Below are positions 1 through 13,400 of a DNA stretch of 64,000 nt, one piece after another. Source of the stretch: Antedon mediterranea (Eukaryota; Animalia; Echinodermata); assembly GCF_964355755.1 (NCBI RefSeq), contig NC_092672.1, positions 38,384,437 through 38,448,436 on the forward strand, in the 5' to 3' direction. Both the position numbers and the translations under genes were made by a program. The notes under the pieces are model-generated. The model searched no databases. It was not told where the DNA came from and saw only the letters and a program-made list of their open reading frames with translations. Numbering within the stretch: the stretch's first letter is position 1; each line of letters begins with the position of its first letter.

Positions 1-1459
1 GAAACCAAGATATACAAGAAATATGCTTTATTTTCTATTAAATGGCAGTCACTAGAATTGAACAAGCACTCTGGGCTTAGGAGGTGACATGTGGCCACCA
101 AATGTGTAACACCACTAGATAATTAGTAATGTACTTATATCAAGTACATTTATCATCATAAGTTAATAAATTATTATGCTATGAGACTATTATTAATGTA
201 AACTTAACTATCATTAAGTAGAAGGCCCTAGCAGGCGCTAACGCCACACTAATATTCATGTCTCTTATAAAGAATTCAAGCAAATAAGTAATGAAATACA
301 ATTACTTGTATAATCCCAAGGACAGGCACCACTTACCAGTGAATGTAATCAGCATAAAAGTACTTAGCATTTGGTAATCATGCACAAAGATGTTGTTGAA
401 CAATATATTAATTACATTTTAATGGATCATTACAAATTTATAAGTACACAAACTTATATAGCTTCGTTTGACTTAACTACCCTTTTACTCTTCCAAAACA
501 ACCAGAGTAATTTTTGAAATTAAATTCAACTTAAATATTCTAGAGCTCTGACGAAGGCATTATTTAGAACTATATTAGAAAAAACAATTAAATCTCTATT
601 CTAACTAAAAAACTGACTTAAAAAATTCAAACCAAAATGGAATGAAGTTGAATACAAGCACAAACTTAAACTCCACTCATCCTGAATAATATCAAAGAGT
701 CTTTACAGTCCATCAGTTGTACTTTACAAACCAAACAACTCAACGAACATTGAGCAGCATTGGGTCAAACCTCAAATCTAAGGTCAACATCTTAAAACAG
801 CAGAGAATACAAATCATTTTGAGTCTCCTATCTGTGTGTGTTTACATTCAACAATGATAGGCAATGAATTGAGCCCTCACATTTCTTCACAATGTGTTCA
901 CAAACAGACATGTGTGTTTAGTGCATTTACCCATGACACGAACAGACCACTGTTACTATGGTATGTTTACACAACAAACTATCTTTATAAAGGTGAAAAG
1001 TTATTCACTCACGTGCAATTTGTATTTTGATCAATTACATTTTACAGAAAACTAGATATTTTTGAGATGTAGATTTCATTGGAGAGCTGATATAAGTAAT
1101 AGTTAAATAGTTAGTTAAATTGAAGAACCTCATGAATTATATACAGCATTTTCTGTGCTAGGATTTGAAAAAACAATGATCTTGTTCTCAGAAAGCAATG
1201 ATTGTGATTTTTGTATATAAGTTCACACTTTTGGAAAAAAAAGTGTTTTAATGTGCTTTCTGGCTAAGCTACATTCACATTTCATCGGAGCTGTTTTTTC
1301 AATTATTTAACAACAGGGCACCATCTTCCTTCCGTGAAACAAAGTGTGAATGCACCTTTATGCATGATTATTTCTTGATTTAAATAGAATGTTTTGTGCA
1401 CAATAGTAAAATAAATGATAAAATTAAACATATTGATGATGACAACAATGATCTTTTAC

Positions 1460-4400
1460 CTGATTAAACTCCTGCCTCATCTCTTCTAGATCAGTTTGTC
1501 TTTCTTGACGGGCTTCTTCTCTGATCTTTGACACTGCCTCTACTTTTTGCCGATGCATTGTCAGGTTTTCTTGACGCAGACTGTCCAATTCCTTTGTGAT
1601 AAAAATGGTGCATGACATGAAGCATGAATATGAGTGCTCTAAAAACCTTTGACCAATAAATGACCTGCTTTGTAATTAAAAAACAAAATTTAAATGGCTC
1701 TGCATACAGTTATGAATAACTTGTTAAGAGAGAATTCTTTTTGTAAAGAATGTTTCACAACTGCCTTCAGTCTTATAATAAATAAATGACCAGTAATATA
1801 GAAGCAATGCTTACTATTAATGAAGTCAAATTAGAAAATGTGCTTTTCTTTTAAAATTTAAATGATCAAGTGCACCACATGGATATATAGCTATGACAAT
1901 GAAAGGATAATAATGACTCACATCTTTTAGTGAATTGATAGCAATTTGGAGCTGGCTTGAGTATTGCTTTTCTTTAGCAATATCCGCCTTCAACTGTGTT
2001 GTTGCCCATCTCTCTTCATCATTTTTTTTTATCAATTCTCTCTTTAATGACTTTTTAGACTCGTCTTCCCAGATTTCCCGTTCTTTCTTAATTGCATTCT
2101 TAATCTATATATATATATATATAAAGCAATTTGAAAATCATGGAAAAGCTGCTGGAATATTTTGCAATATACATTAAAAAAAATGGTTGTTATATGTAGT
2201 AAGAAAAACAAGTACACACCATCCATGTTAGTAATTAGCCAGATTAATGTTATTACCTGGTCAAGTGCATCCATGTTAGTGATTAGCCAGATTAATGTTA
2301 TTACCTGGTCAAGTGCCTCCATGTTAGTGATTAGCCAGATTAATGTTATTACCTGGTCAAGTGCCTCCATGTTAGTGATTAGCCAGATTAATGTTATTAC
2401 CTGGTCAAGTGCCTCCATGTTAGTGATTAGCCAGATTAATGTTATTACCTGGTCAAGTGCCTCCATGTTAGTAATTAGCCAGATTAATGTTATTACCTGG
2501 TCAAGTGCCTCCTTGCGTAATTTCTCTCCAAGTCCCCTGGTGGCCTTCTCCTGTTCTTGTAGTCTAGACTTCAGTAGATCAATCTCTTCTACTTTCTCCT
2601 AAAACATCAACATTCATAAGTGTTATGATGATGAGTAGTTTGGTATTTTAATCAACTCATTCATAAGTGTTGTGAATATCCTTGCGCAAATCAGTATACA
2701 ATACTGTATTATATCATGGAGTTTATAGCTCCATGATTATATACAATAGGATTTTCAACCCACAGGAGGAAGTGTTTAAAACTTGACAAAACTGGAACTG
2801 TACCTTGAGGTCTTCTTCATATTTGTTTGTTTGTTGCTTAAATGTTTCCTCTTGGTTCCTTACAATATCTTGTCTTGTTGCCACCATCTCTTGTCTCAAC
2901 TGAAAATGAACAAAATGTTGCCAAATTAATAAAATGTGTTTCTAAATACTAGGTTAATCATAGAGCCATTATACAAACCACAAAGCTAATTTAATTAATT
3001 GATTGATTGATTGATCACTTTATTTCAGAATAAAAATTCTATATATACGACAAACAGTACAAAATGGAAAATCACACTAAAATAAGATTTTCTCCCATTT
3101 AGTAAAGAGATTTGAAGATCATAACAGATAGTAGTAATACACCTAACAAGATCATTTTCACTATTCTAAACACTTATTCTAAAACCATAGACACACTATA
3201 AATGTGTATGCCTACCTTTCCAAGCTCAGATTCTTTCTCCTTTAATAAGTTGTCTCTCATTTTCAGTAAAGCAGTTTCTTTGTTAATTTCATTATATTTC
3301 TCAACCCGTTCTTTTTCTTGAAGAATCTGTTTACCATTTTCCTGTGATTTTGACAAATCTTCCTGAAGGGCATAGAGCTTGTCTCTGAGAGCATCATACA
3401 CCTCTTGTTTATCTTTAATTGTTTTATTCAGAGCATCTATCTTTTGTTCTTTTTCTGTGTAACCTTTCTCCATCTGTTTTTTCTCTTGTTTATGAGTTTT
3501 CTCCATATTTTCTATTAATGCATTTTTCTCCTGATGATGAAGAGATTAAACATAAAATTAAAAAATTAAATTAGAGCATTACGTTCTGAAAGTTCATTGT
3601 ACTGCAAGTAATAAGAGGGAATCTTCAAGTCCACTTGAATAAAAATAATAAATAAATGTACATCGGAATAGAAACACATTTACAAAATATTGTGATGTAT
3701 TTTGTTACAACAATATACTTCCTTATAATAAATAACAAACATGTTTCTTACAGCCAGTTGTTTCATTGCTTTGTCTTCTAGATCATTCACTTTTTCTTCA
3801 TATTCTCTTACTTTCTCTTCATGGGTGTATTCTAATTCTTCAATTTTATGAAGCTGTTCTTCAAGCTCCTTAGACAAAAAAAATAACAAAATTAAAATGT
3901 TGTTACAAACAAAGAACCTCTCTTTAAAAGTTTAATCCTACAATAAATATACATATATAAATATATTATATAAAAAACAAATTAATACAATAAAAAAAGA
4001 AACAGAAAAACATTAATTCATGTCTTTGAACAATTTAAAAATAAAAACTTAATAGCTCACAGTTATGTATTTATATAAAAATAGATTATTTTTTCAATTA
4101 CAAGTGATATCCATAATATCTATTTTTAGTAACTTAAACACAAACAACATCCAGATAGCTTGAACAATACAAGAATACTCAACATTCTATTAAAATGTAT
4201 TGAATTAAAAAATATAAAATGTATAACATTAATCAATATAAGATAATGCTTTATCAATTTTTTTTAAGGATTTTTTTTTTACAGTACATAAAAAACTCAG
4301 AATTAAGTTAAGGTTACCTCTGTTAGTTTTTCCATTTTTTCCCTAGATGTTTTCTGCTCAGAAAATAAATCTTGTTTAGCTAGATTCAGTTGTCTCGCTA

Positions 4401-7400
4401 ACTCATTTTTTTCTAGATCCGATGTTACCGCATCATTCTTACATAATCGCTCTTTAAGTTCATCCCTTTCTTGGACCACAGAAATTATCTACAATTTAAT
4501 TATAGTTATTTTAAATCATAACATCTATTTTAGAAAAATACTTTAGAAAGCAGAAGATAGGAGTTGTATCAGGGGACATTTGGTGTGTATGTACACACAC
4601 ACAATATCAAGCCACTCCCCAAGGCATCTTTGTCAGACTTGCTTGAGGAGTATTCAAGAGGACAAACACCAAATACCAAGTGGATTGATGTGATTGTTGG
4701 GGTGTACTGTAGGTTCAAATAAAGTGATTTATACCTCTGACTTTGAAAGGCCCAACATCATGACATCTTCGCGGCTGTTTTGAGATGATCTTCTATCAAG
4801 TTCTTGTAGTGTTCTACCCTTAGCGGCTGTCTCCTCTTCAACATCTCGCAATTCTCGTTGTGCTTGGTCGCGCTGAAACTCCAACACCATAAGCTCCGAC
4901 CTGACAACATTTATATTGCTATTTTTATTTACTACATCTACAACAAATCTATATTTATCCATGATGTAATTCATATAAAGTCAAGTGCTTAGAAACATTG
5001 TATTAGGCGCTATATAAGACTAGCATTATTTACCTCCGCCAATGAGGTATATGTAATCGATTGCATGTGTTTGTTTGTCTGTCTGTTTGTTTGTTTGTTT
5101 GTTTGTTTGTTTGTTAGCAGGATTACTTAAAAAGTAATTACAAGATCTTTACCAAAATAAATATACAGATAGATATGTGGTCAAGGACCATTCCATGGTC
5201 CCAATTCTGGACCACTTTTTAGTATACTTTTCAGACCTGCTAGTGTTAAAAGATAGGACAGAATTTTTCAAAAGCCGGCGAGCAGTCTTAAAGTAACAAG
5301 TAAACTGAAATTGCATTTTCTCGAGAACTACTTGTCCAAAAAACTACAAGAGGCAAGAGTTATAATTGGTGATTTGTAATTTTAAAACATAATTTGATTT
5401 AATGTGCACCTTTTTTGATGAGAGTAGTTTAAAAAACCTATTTCTTTTCAAATTCACTCGTTCAATTTTCGCGTTGCTGTTCTATTGTTAGTCAACTGAA
5501 TCTAGGCTTGTTACATAACCATTACGCCAAACTCGCATACACATGCTTGTAGTGATATTAGCCTAAATCACAAACAGCATTAAGACACACACAAATATAT
5601 ATCAATTTATATATTTTTTCCCGGAGAAATCTTATGTAGGAGAATTTTACAGTAGGCGGAGGTATGCACTCTCAGAGTGGCTTTCTAGTTAGTATTAAAA
5701 CTGATCTTGGTCAATAGCTAAAATTCATTGTTGTTATTAAAAATAGTTATAACAATATTTAGTTTAATTTAACGCAAGCCATTTCAAATTGTAAGCAACT
5801 ATGTTAATAAACAACTTTAATCCAACATATTTAAAAAGAACAACAAACACTGCTTTTTTTACCGTGCTGTTTCTGCCTTTTCTTGGTGTTGACGTACGAC
5901 TTCATTTGCTTTTTTTATTTCGGACTTGTTTTGATGCACAGAGTCTAATAAGATCTTTAACTCTCCTAAAGCAATCTAGAAAAGCAGATAAACATAGATG
6001 ACAAATCATTGTTTACATTTTATTTTATTATAAACAATATACACTATAAAAAAACTATTTTAAAGATATTATTCACAATTTCAAGATAATGAAATTATTT
6101 AAATAAATATTCTATGATAACTAAAAATAATATTTCAAAGAAAAATATTTTTTCTACAATAAAATAGCTAATATATCATTATTTAACCTTTGTTTTTGTT
6201 TTGTTTATTTCCAACAAATTTTGTTATTTTTTCTACCGGTAATTATTTTCTTAATCTTTTATTACACACAATTTTTTCTTTAATTTTCTACCTGTCGTTT
6301 ACTGAAAATATTTGTAAAATTGTTCTTTATTGTGAATTGTTATAACTGTCTTTATCTAAATACTTCAAAACTAAAACATAGATTACATATTTTAAGAATC
6401 AAAACAATAATATACTTAAAGATTGTGTTGATTCCGAAATCTAACAAATATATTGGTTTAATGGTAAATGGTTTCAAAATTAATAAAGCGCAAAAACAAA
6501 AGTCTTGAAACATTGGATAAGGTTGAAGTGTTGAACACTCAAGTAATGACTAAATTAATCATTGATATGTTTATTTTCGACAAATTCATTTCATTAAAAA
6601 ATAACGCATAATAATCATCATAGTCTACTGTCTACAGACTACTACTACTATCACATTTAGACTAGTAGTAATAGTATATCCTATTCATATATCTCATCAG
6701 TCTGCATCCAAGATACCCAGATGACGGTACTTGAAACGTCAAGATTTTTAGTTCAATAATAAACTATGGATGAACTAATTCCTTCTGAATAAACTAATAT
6801 ATTATTATGTGCATGCATAATCATTGTTTATTGAACAATATGTTATACACTACACTAATGAGTTTCATTTTATATGTTATTCACTGAGATGTACTACTAA
6901 CTACTGTATTTTATGCTATACACTGATGTACTAAATTCATTTACAATATGTTATACAATAATATACTTATGCATTTAATTATACACTATATGATGCATTA
7001 ATGCATTTATAATGCTATACACTAATATTATACTAATGCATTTATAAGTTATCCACTAATTTGACTGATGTATGAAAACATTACCTTTTTCTTTATTGTG
7101 ATGTCATTTAATTCATCTTTAATACTGGAAACCTGATAGTTCAACTCATCTTCATCCAAAGACTGAATACAAGAACAAACAACAGGAAGGAATGGATAAA
7201 GAAATACAATGCTGTTTCAACAAAGCAAATTAGCCTACATAATAATAATAATCAAAATAGTGTACCAATCAGTAATTTTTCAATACCCACCATTCTAGTG
7301 ACTGGAACTGATTTTGCTTGACTTTTAGGAGTTTCCTTCTTAGATCTGTTGCGTGACTTGACCTTGTTTGATACATGGTCATGTGACCTAATGAGATGGC

Positions 7401-10400
7401 CGCTGTTGATGAATGAATCACTTGTGGAACGGTTTCTGTGTGCCATAAAAATATTTAAAAAAATGTTCATTTCGACCTTGTAACTGCATTAGTTAAATCA
7501 CTGATAAAAAAATAGCGTTTTGCAAATGCTTGATAGTTCAATCATCATATTATTATGTTTTTGAGTTTGTCATTATATAAATGATAATATACACATGGCA
7601 GTTTATGATGATATGTTCATAGTGCAAAAATAAAACCATTAAAAGTATTGCGTAGGTCTATTATATTTTCATATTGTAAAAATCATAAAGAAAAGTTAAA
7701 AATAAAATGCACATTTATAATGAAAACAACAGGAAAGAAATAATAATACAACATTATTTTATGAAGAGTATTAGCAATCATTTACGTCACTGAACAAAAG
7801 TGACGCATTCATTATATTAGTGTTAATTCAAGAAACTATGATGAAATGTTGAAATAATAATCTCTAATATTAAAAATTATGATTATAGATGATATAAAAC
7901 ATTGTTATGTAAAGCTGGATGAGGTGCCTTCATTGGGGTAACATTTTTTTACTGTGCCTTTTTATTTCTAAACACTGTAATTATTAATCAGTATTTCAAT
8001 TCACAGGTGTTTATTTTACTGTAGTGCTATAACTTGAATGTGTGTGCTATTGGTTAAAAGAAAAGACATAAATCTTTCACTTAAAAACAAAATATTGTCA
8101 TAAAAGTTGTTTGACAGACACATCTAAAACAAGACATACATTTAATCATTACCAGAGGATTGCTGGATATATCAGAATCATTGTTGACAAATAACGTTAA
8201 TGTAGAAATTAAAGACGACGCAGTTGTGACATCATCACCGATCAGTGGTGGCGCTGGAAGAAGCTGGAGGTAGATTTGTGAAGAGAGTGGTTGAATATCA
8301 GATACCTTATGTTGGTATGAGGGAACATGTATAAAACATTCAGATCGGAAAGTCTCATTTACACATTCATTCGGTTTGATTTCCATATTAGATATTTTGG
8401 CAGGTTGATCAATCAATGTCTGGTGATGTTGTGCCATTGAATAAGAGAATGCTCTTGTTATACCAGGACAACTCGAATCGTCTGAAGAGAAATCTAAGAT
8501 TTCATCACAAATTTTATCAGTGGAGTCATCTGTGTCTTCAATCAACCAACTGTTGTTGACGGTGTCAAAACTATCTTTAAAACTTTCTCTTTTAAAATGA
8601 TTCTGTCTTGATGATTTTGATGGTCTTACAGTACTGAAGTTAGAATTTATGCCTTCATTGGTTGCATAGCTATTTTGATCACAAATATTTTCTGGTGCAG
8701 TCTTTTTATTATATGGAGAACTGGTTGTAGAATCTGTGTCTGAGTTTGTAACATTGTTATTGTTAAGTCGAAAAGAAGAGCCTGGACTCTTCATAGTGTT
8801 TACAATGCAACAGCTTCTTGGACAATGACAACAGTGAGAGTGATCATTAAATGTTGGTGACATTTTTTGCGAAAGTCTGCTAGAATAATTATGATTGTTA
8901 TCAATTCCTCTGGAACCTTTGGTGAAGCCGATGTGGTTATTGCTACTGTAGCTATTGGATGACATACTTTCACAAAAACAAGGTTTACTTTGAACATATC
9001 TCTGTTTCTTCTTTCTTTGTCGTTTACTTTTCTTTGGTCTTGAAAGCATTTTGCCAGTTTTTGTTTGTCTTCTTTCAGATGGTGAATTGGGAAAAACCTT
9101 ACCGTTTAAACCCAAATGATTACCCATACTAAAACCATTCATTTCTACAAACTTCTTTGTGAGTTTTCCTAGTCTTCTTTCTTGAATAACTGTACTAGGA
9201 ACTAAGTTCACATTGCCAGTGTTAACTTTCAGTACAGGATTAGGAACTGGAGAGTTACTACTGGATGGATACAACCCATCAAATAACCCTGGATCAGGAA
9301 TCAAAAGTCGTTTATGCTGAGACGTTGGTGAATCAAGAGATTGTGTAATGTCAAAAAGATGGTCAACATCTGCTTCAACTGGCTCTGTGACTCGTCCATT
9401 TGTAATTTTCATCAAAATTCTGTCAAAATATTCTCCATAATCCTCATCCTCATTTTGAACAGTATCTTCATAAGTGAGAAGTGAGGAGGTATTACAATTG
9501 CAACTTGACTCACTCTTTGTCTCACATTTTGTTTGTGAATATGTAGGCTCCTTCTGATCAGGTGATGGGGTATCTGCACAATTAGATTTGAAATCTGGAA
9601 GTGGTATTCGACAGTCATCTACATCAAATGTTTGATCACCAGAAAATACACTCAAATTCTCATCAAATCGTTGACAAAATGTTTCATTTAAACTTGACAA
9701 GGATGGTCTACCAGATGAACATTCAAAAGAAGTTTGAGTTTGAGTAACTTTTGTTGATTCAATAATCTCAAAATTTTCATCCTGGGTTTGGGTTGCAATA
9801 GAAAATGTTACAAAATTGTGAGGCAGTATTTTACTATTTCTTTTTGTGGTATATTTGTATTGATCTTCTGTGTTAATTTGAGCATCAGTTTTTGATTTTT
9901 CAGATTCATCAATTGCAGTTTTGTTATCAACAGATTGTTCAAAAGATGTACTAAAGCTTTGGTGCAACGACTTCTGCCCTTCGTCTTCCTCTGGAAGCGT
10001 TTCAAGAGAAAGAGGAAGTGAATGCTGTTTTCTAAAAAGCTTTAATCTTCTTTCTTTTGAACTTGTGTGATCTCTCCTTTTTCTGTTTTCTATTTTCTGT
10101 GGTAAACTTTTTCTTCTTTGGACAATAGAATCAGAGTTTGAATCAACAACACACTCTTGAAGTTTTTTCACAACAGAATCAATATCAAGACAACCAATTG
10201 TTGCTGCTCTCTTAAGTTTCTTTCTCTTGTCAACTAATGCTGTTAAATATGAATTATTATTATTATTGGAAGTTGAACTTTGAACTTTACTAGTTAGTCC
10301 TTTATTTTTTACACCACCATTTATTAGTTCATCCGTTTCAACAACATCACAAACATCAAAACTATTACTGTTATCATTTCTTTTATCTTGTTTGATTTCA

Positions 10401-13400
10401 TGTTCTTGCATAGCATTAGACTGCAAAGTTTTACTCAATGATGTTTCCGTTTTGTCAGTATTCTCTCCTTTACTTTCTGTCTTCATAGATAGTTTCCATC
10501 TATTGCTAGTACTTTGTCCAGGTAGTCGTACATTGAAGGCACGTTGCAGCATTTTCTGAACTTGTTCAGCACGTTTTTTGGCCTTTTCTGCCTGCACCTT
10601 TGCTTGCTTCTGCCGCAGAGAAATCATAAATCTTTCTGGGACACCAGTAACCTGTCCACCAAATCCTAAATCCATTAAAATCTCCTCTGATGGAACAGGA
10701 TTGTTGTACATCATTTGGCTCATGCCACCTGGATTTAGTGCTCCCAAGGACGCCTCCATCAAATACCGAGCCTCTAAGGGCAATTCACTGATGTCATTGA
10801 CATGATTCTGCTTACTCTGTTCTTCTTTAGCAATAGACATTGCTTCTTTATAAAAATCACTGTAGTTGGGTTTCGGCAATAATGAAGAATCAATGTTTTG
10901 TGGCTGGTTGTCTGTAGGGTCCAACCTATCTGCACATGAACTCTCCACCCATTCTGCTACACTCCAAGTAAGATCAGGTTCTCCTAAATCTAAAGCTTGA
11001 CATAGAGAACTTGCATAGCTACCACTACTTGAGGAAGGACGGTTATATTCGATTATTGGTTTAGATAACTTTTCAGGGACACCATATTCTTCATAATCGT
11101 AATAATCATTGCTCTGCCATTGACCCGTTTCAAAACCAACTCCGGAAAAACTTTTTCCTTTTCTTGATTCAGTATTGGAGGTTGCTGATTGGCTTCTTAA
11201 ACTCTCAGTTTCAAATGTTGAGATAGACTCTTCTGAGGTAGTAAATCTTGATAATTGTCGTCTTAAATGGTTAGAGCTGAAAACCATAAAAACATTATAG
11301 TTATTTATCTTAAAATATTTAAAAGCTGAAATATTTGAAATAAAGATTTGTAATGTATCTATATATAAATTTACGTAAGGGCAAAATTCGGTAAATCGCG
11401 CCTTACTTCTAGAATTTTCACTCGATGGTATGTAAAGTTGGTTCGTACTTTCGGTACTGATTTTAACCGCCTGATGTAACCCTGTTTACTAATTAAATTG
11501 AGTTAGATAATTAGTTATTGACGATTAAAACGAATTTAGGTTCAACGATTTGCCCCAAATAGGGGTGTTTTCCGATCGTGGAATACACTGTCTAATGGAT
11601 GTCCGTCTTGAAAAATACCCGCCAAAAAAATGCGAGGAGGCTTCGCATTTTTCTATCTCCTCCTACGATAATTGTTTTTAATAGCTGAAAACCGGTTGAA
11701 CAGCTAGAGTACACCATCATAATGTTGAAGACAGGCCGATTTTCTTTAAAAAATACTATTTTGATAGATTTAATATACGATTATGCAAATGTATTGATTT
11801 GCGATGAATGGAACATCCCAATCTCTCAGTCTGCCAGAGTTTGGTTTAACACAAGTACTGTAGGTAAATTTATGAGCCCTTGGTTTAACACATACGGTAG
11901 GTAAATATATGGGCCCTTTGAGAATAAACTTGCAATACTTTGACAATACTGTAAATACCTATTAACTATTTTTCATTTGAATCGAACATTTCTTACTGTG
12001 AATGTTCGTACTGTTAGATGTAATATAAAAATATATACAAATAAACTTTATTACTGAGACTGTGGATAGGCTCTACTGTTAGATATACAAATAAACTTTA
12101 TACTGACAGTTCCTTCTCAACGTTTGTATTAATAATTACCAAAAATATAAACGTCGTAGTGGTGTATCGTGACATGTACTTTAATATTTCAATCGATTAT
12201 GACAGTGACAGTTTTAACAAAGTATTAAATCGCAAATGTTTTAGGCCTACTGTATTTAGAGGTATATTATTTATAGGCCTATAAAACATGAACAAAATAT
12301 TTCGTTACTCAGTGGATAAAGAATATATTTAAAAATTGTTCCTCTTTGTACCTATCCGCTTTCCCATCCCTCAACCCTAATGTTACATAGCGAGGAGGCT
12401 TCGCATTTTCCTATCTCCTCCTACGATAATTGTTTTTAATAGCTGAAAACCGGTTGAACAGCTAGAGTACACCATCATAATGTTGAAGACAGGCCGATTT
12501 TCTTTAAAAAATACTATTTTGATAGATTGCTAGAGTACACCATCATAATGTTGAAGACAGGCCGATTTTCTTTAAAAAATACTATTTTGATAGATTTAAT
12601 ATACGATTATACAAATGTATTGATTTGCGATGAATGGAACATCCCAATCCAGAGTTTGGTTTAACACAAGTACTGTAGGTAAATTTATGAGCCCTTGGTT
12701 TAACACATACGGTAGGTAAATATATGGGCCCTTTGAGAATAAACTTGCAATAGGTTCGGAAAATGTTAAAAACCAATTTCTATTATTTGAATCGGTAAAC
12801 AGTTTCCATTTATTATACATTGATAATGAAACATGAAATATTCCTATTTATGTCCCTCGAGGTTCATTACAATTTATATTTAGTAGTCCCACGGACTTCA
12901 TCTTAGCCACTCCCCCGAGTGCTAAGGCCAAATTTATGATACCCTACTTTCTATGTAAGTTTAGTTACAGTTAGTTCTTGATAATACAACGAATTTAGGT
13001 TACACCCTTCGGCCGCGAAAACGTTTCTGTACAAATATGATACCGATTGGCTTTATTTCATTCAACAGCGACCATAATCTCGCCAATTACAGGATAGATA
13101 AACTATTTTATTATTGATGTGCTTATAAATTAAGACTCATGTAAACAGCTTGATTACATCATTTTACAGACAAACGAAACTTTTTTAAACCTACTGTTTC
13201 AATAACTGAGTATAATACTGTATACGTTTTCATAAGTAAGTGCATATACATTTTCGTGTTTTCATTGACGAGATTGTAATAGTAACTTCAGTAACTATTA
13301 CAGTACTTATTTATTATACGACACAAGACAATTGTATCTGACAGGTACGTACATTATTCTAAAAAATAAGTCTAGATAGATCCCTTAGGCGTCATAAATC

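Noticed and set aside
1-1459. Further exons of the coiled-coil gene
   Set aside because: Donor-like sites at ~337 and ~1012 have no convincing acceptor or coiled-coil frame; the gene likely continues outside the window.
2044-2602. 140-aa and 146-aa repetitive ORFs on both strands
   Set aside because: Products of the 48-bp tandem repeat; only 2497-2598 and 1922-2104 are supported exons.
6690-6760. Second hammerhead-like motif (CAGATGA..GAAACGTC)
   Set aside because: The CUGA box is mutated and the stems do not pair; at most a decayed Penelope-type remnant. CTGACGAAGGC at ~548 likewise lacks the GAAA box.
8800-10805. Short ORFs overlapping the giant exon, and antisense ORFs over other exons (e.g. 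27466-27744, 28408-28665, 43587-44030)
   Set aside because: Shadow frames of real exons with no independent support.
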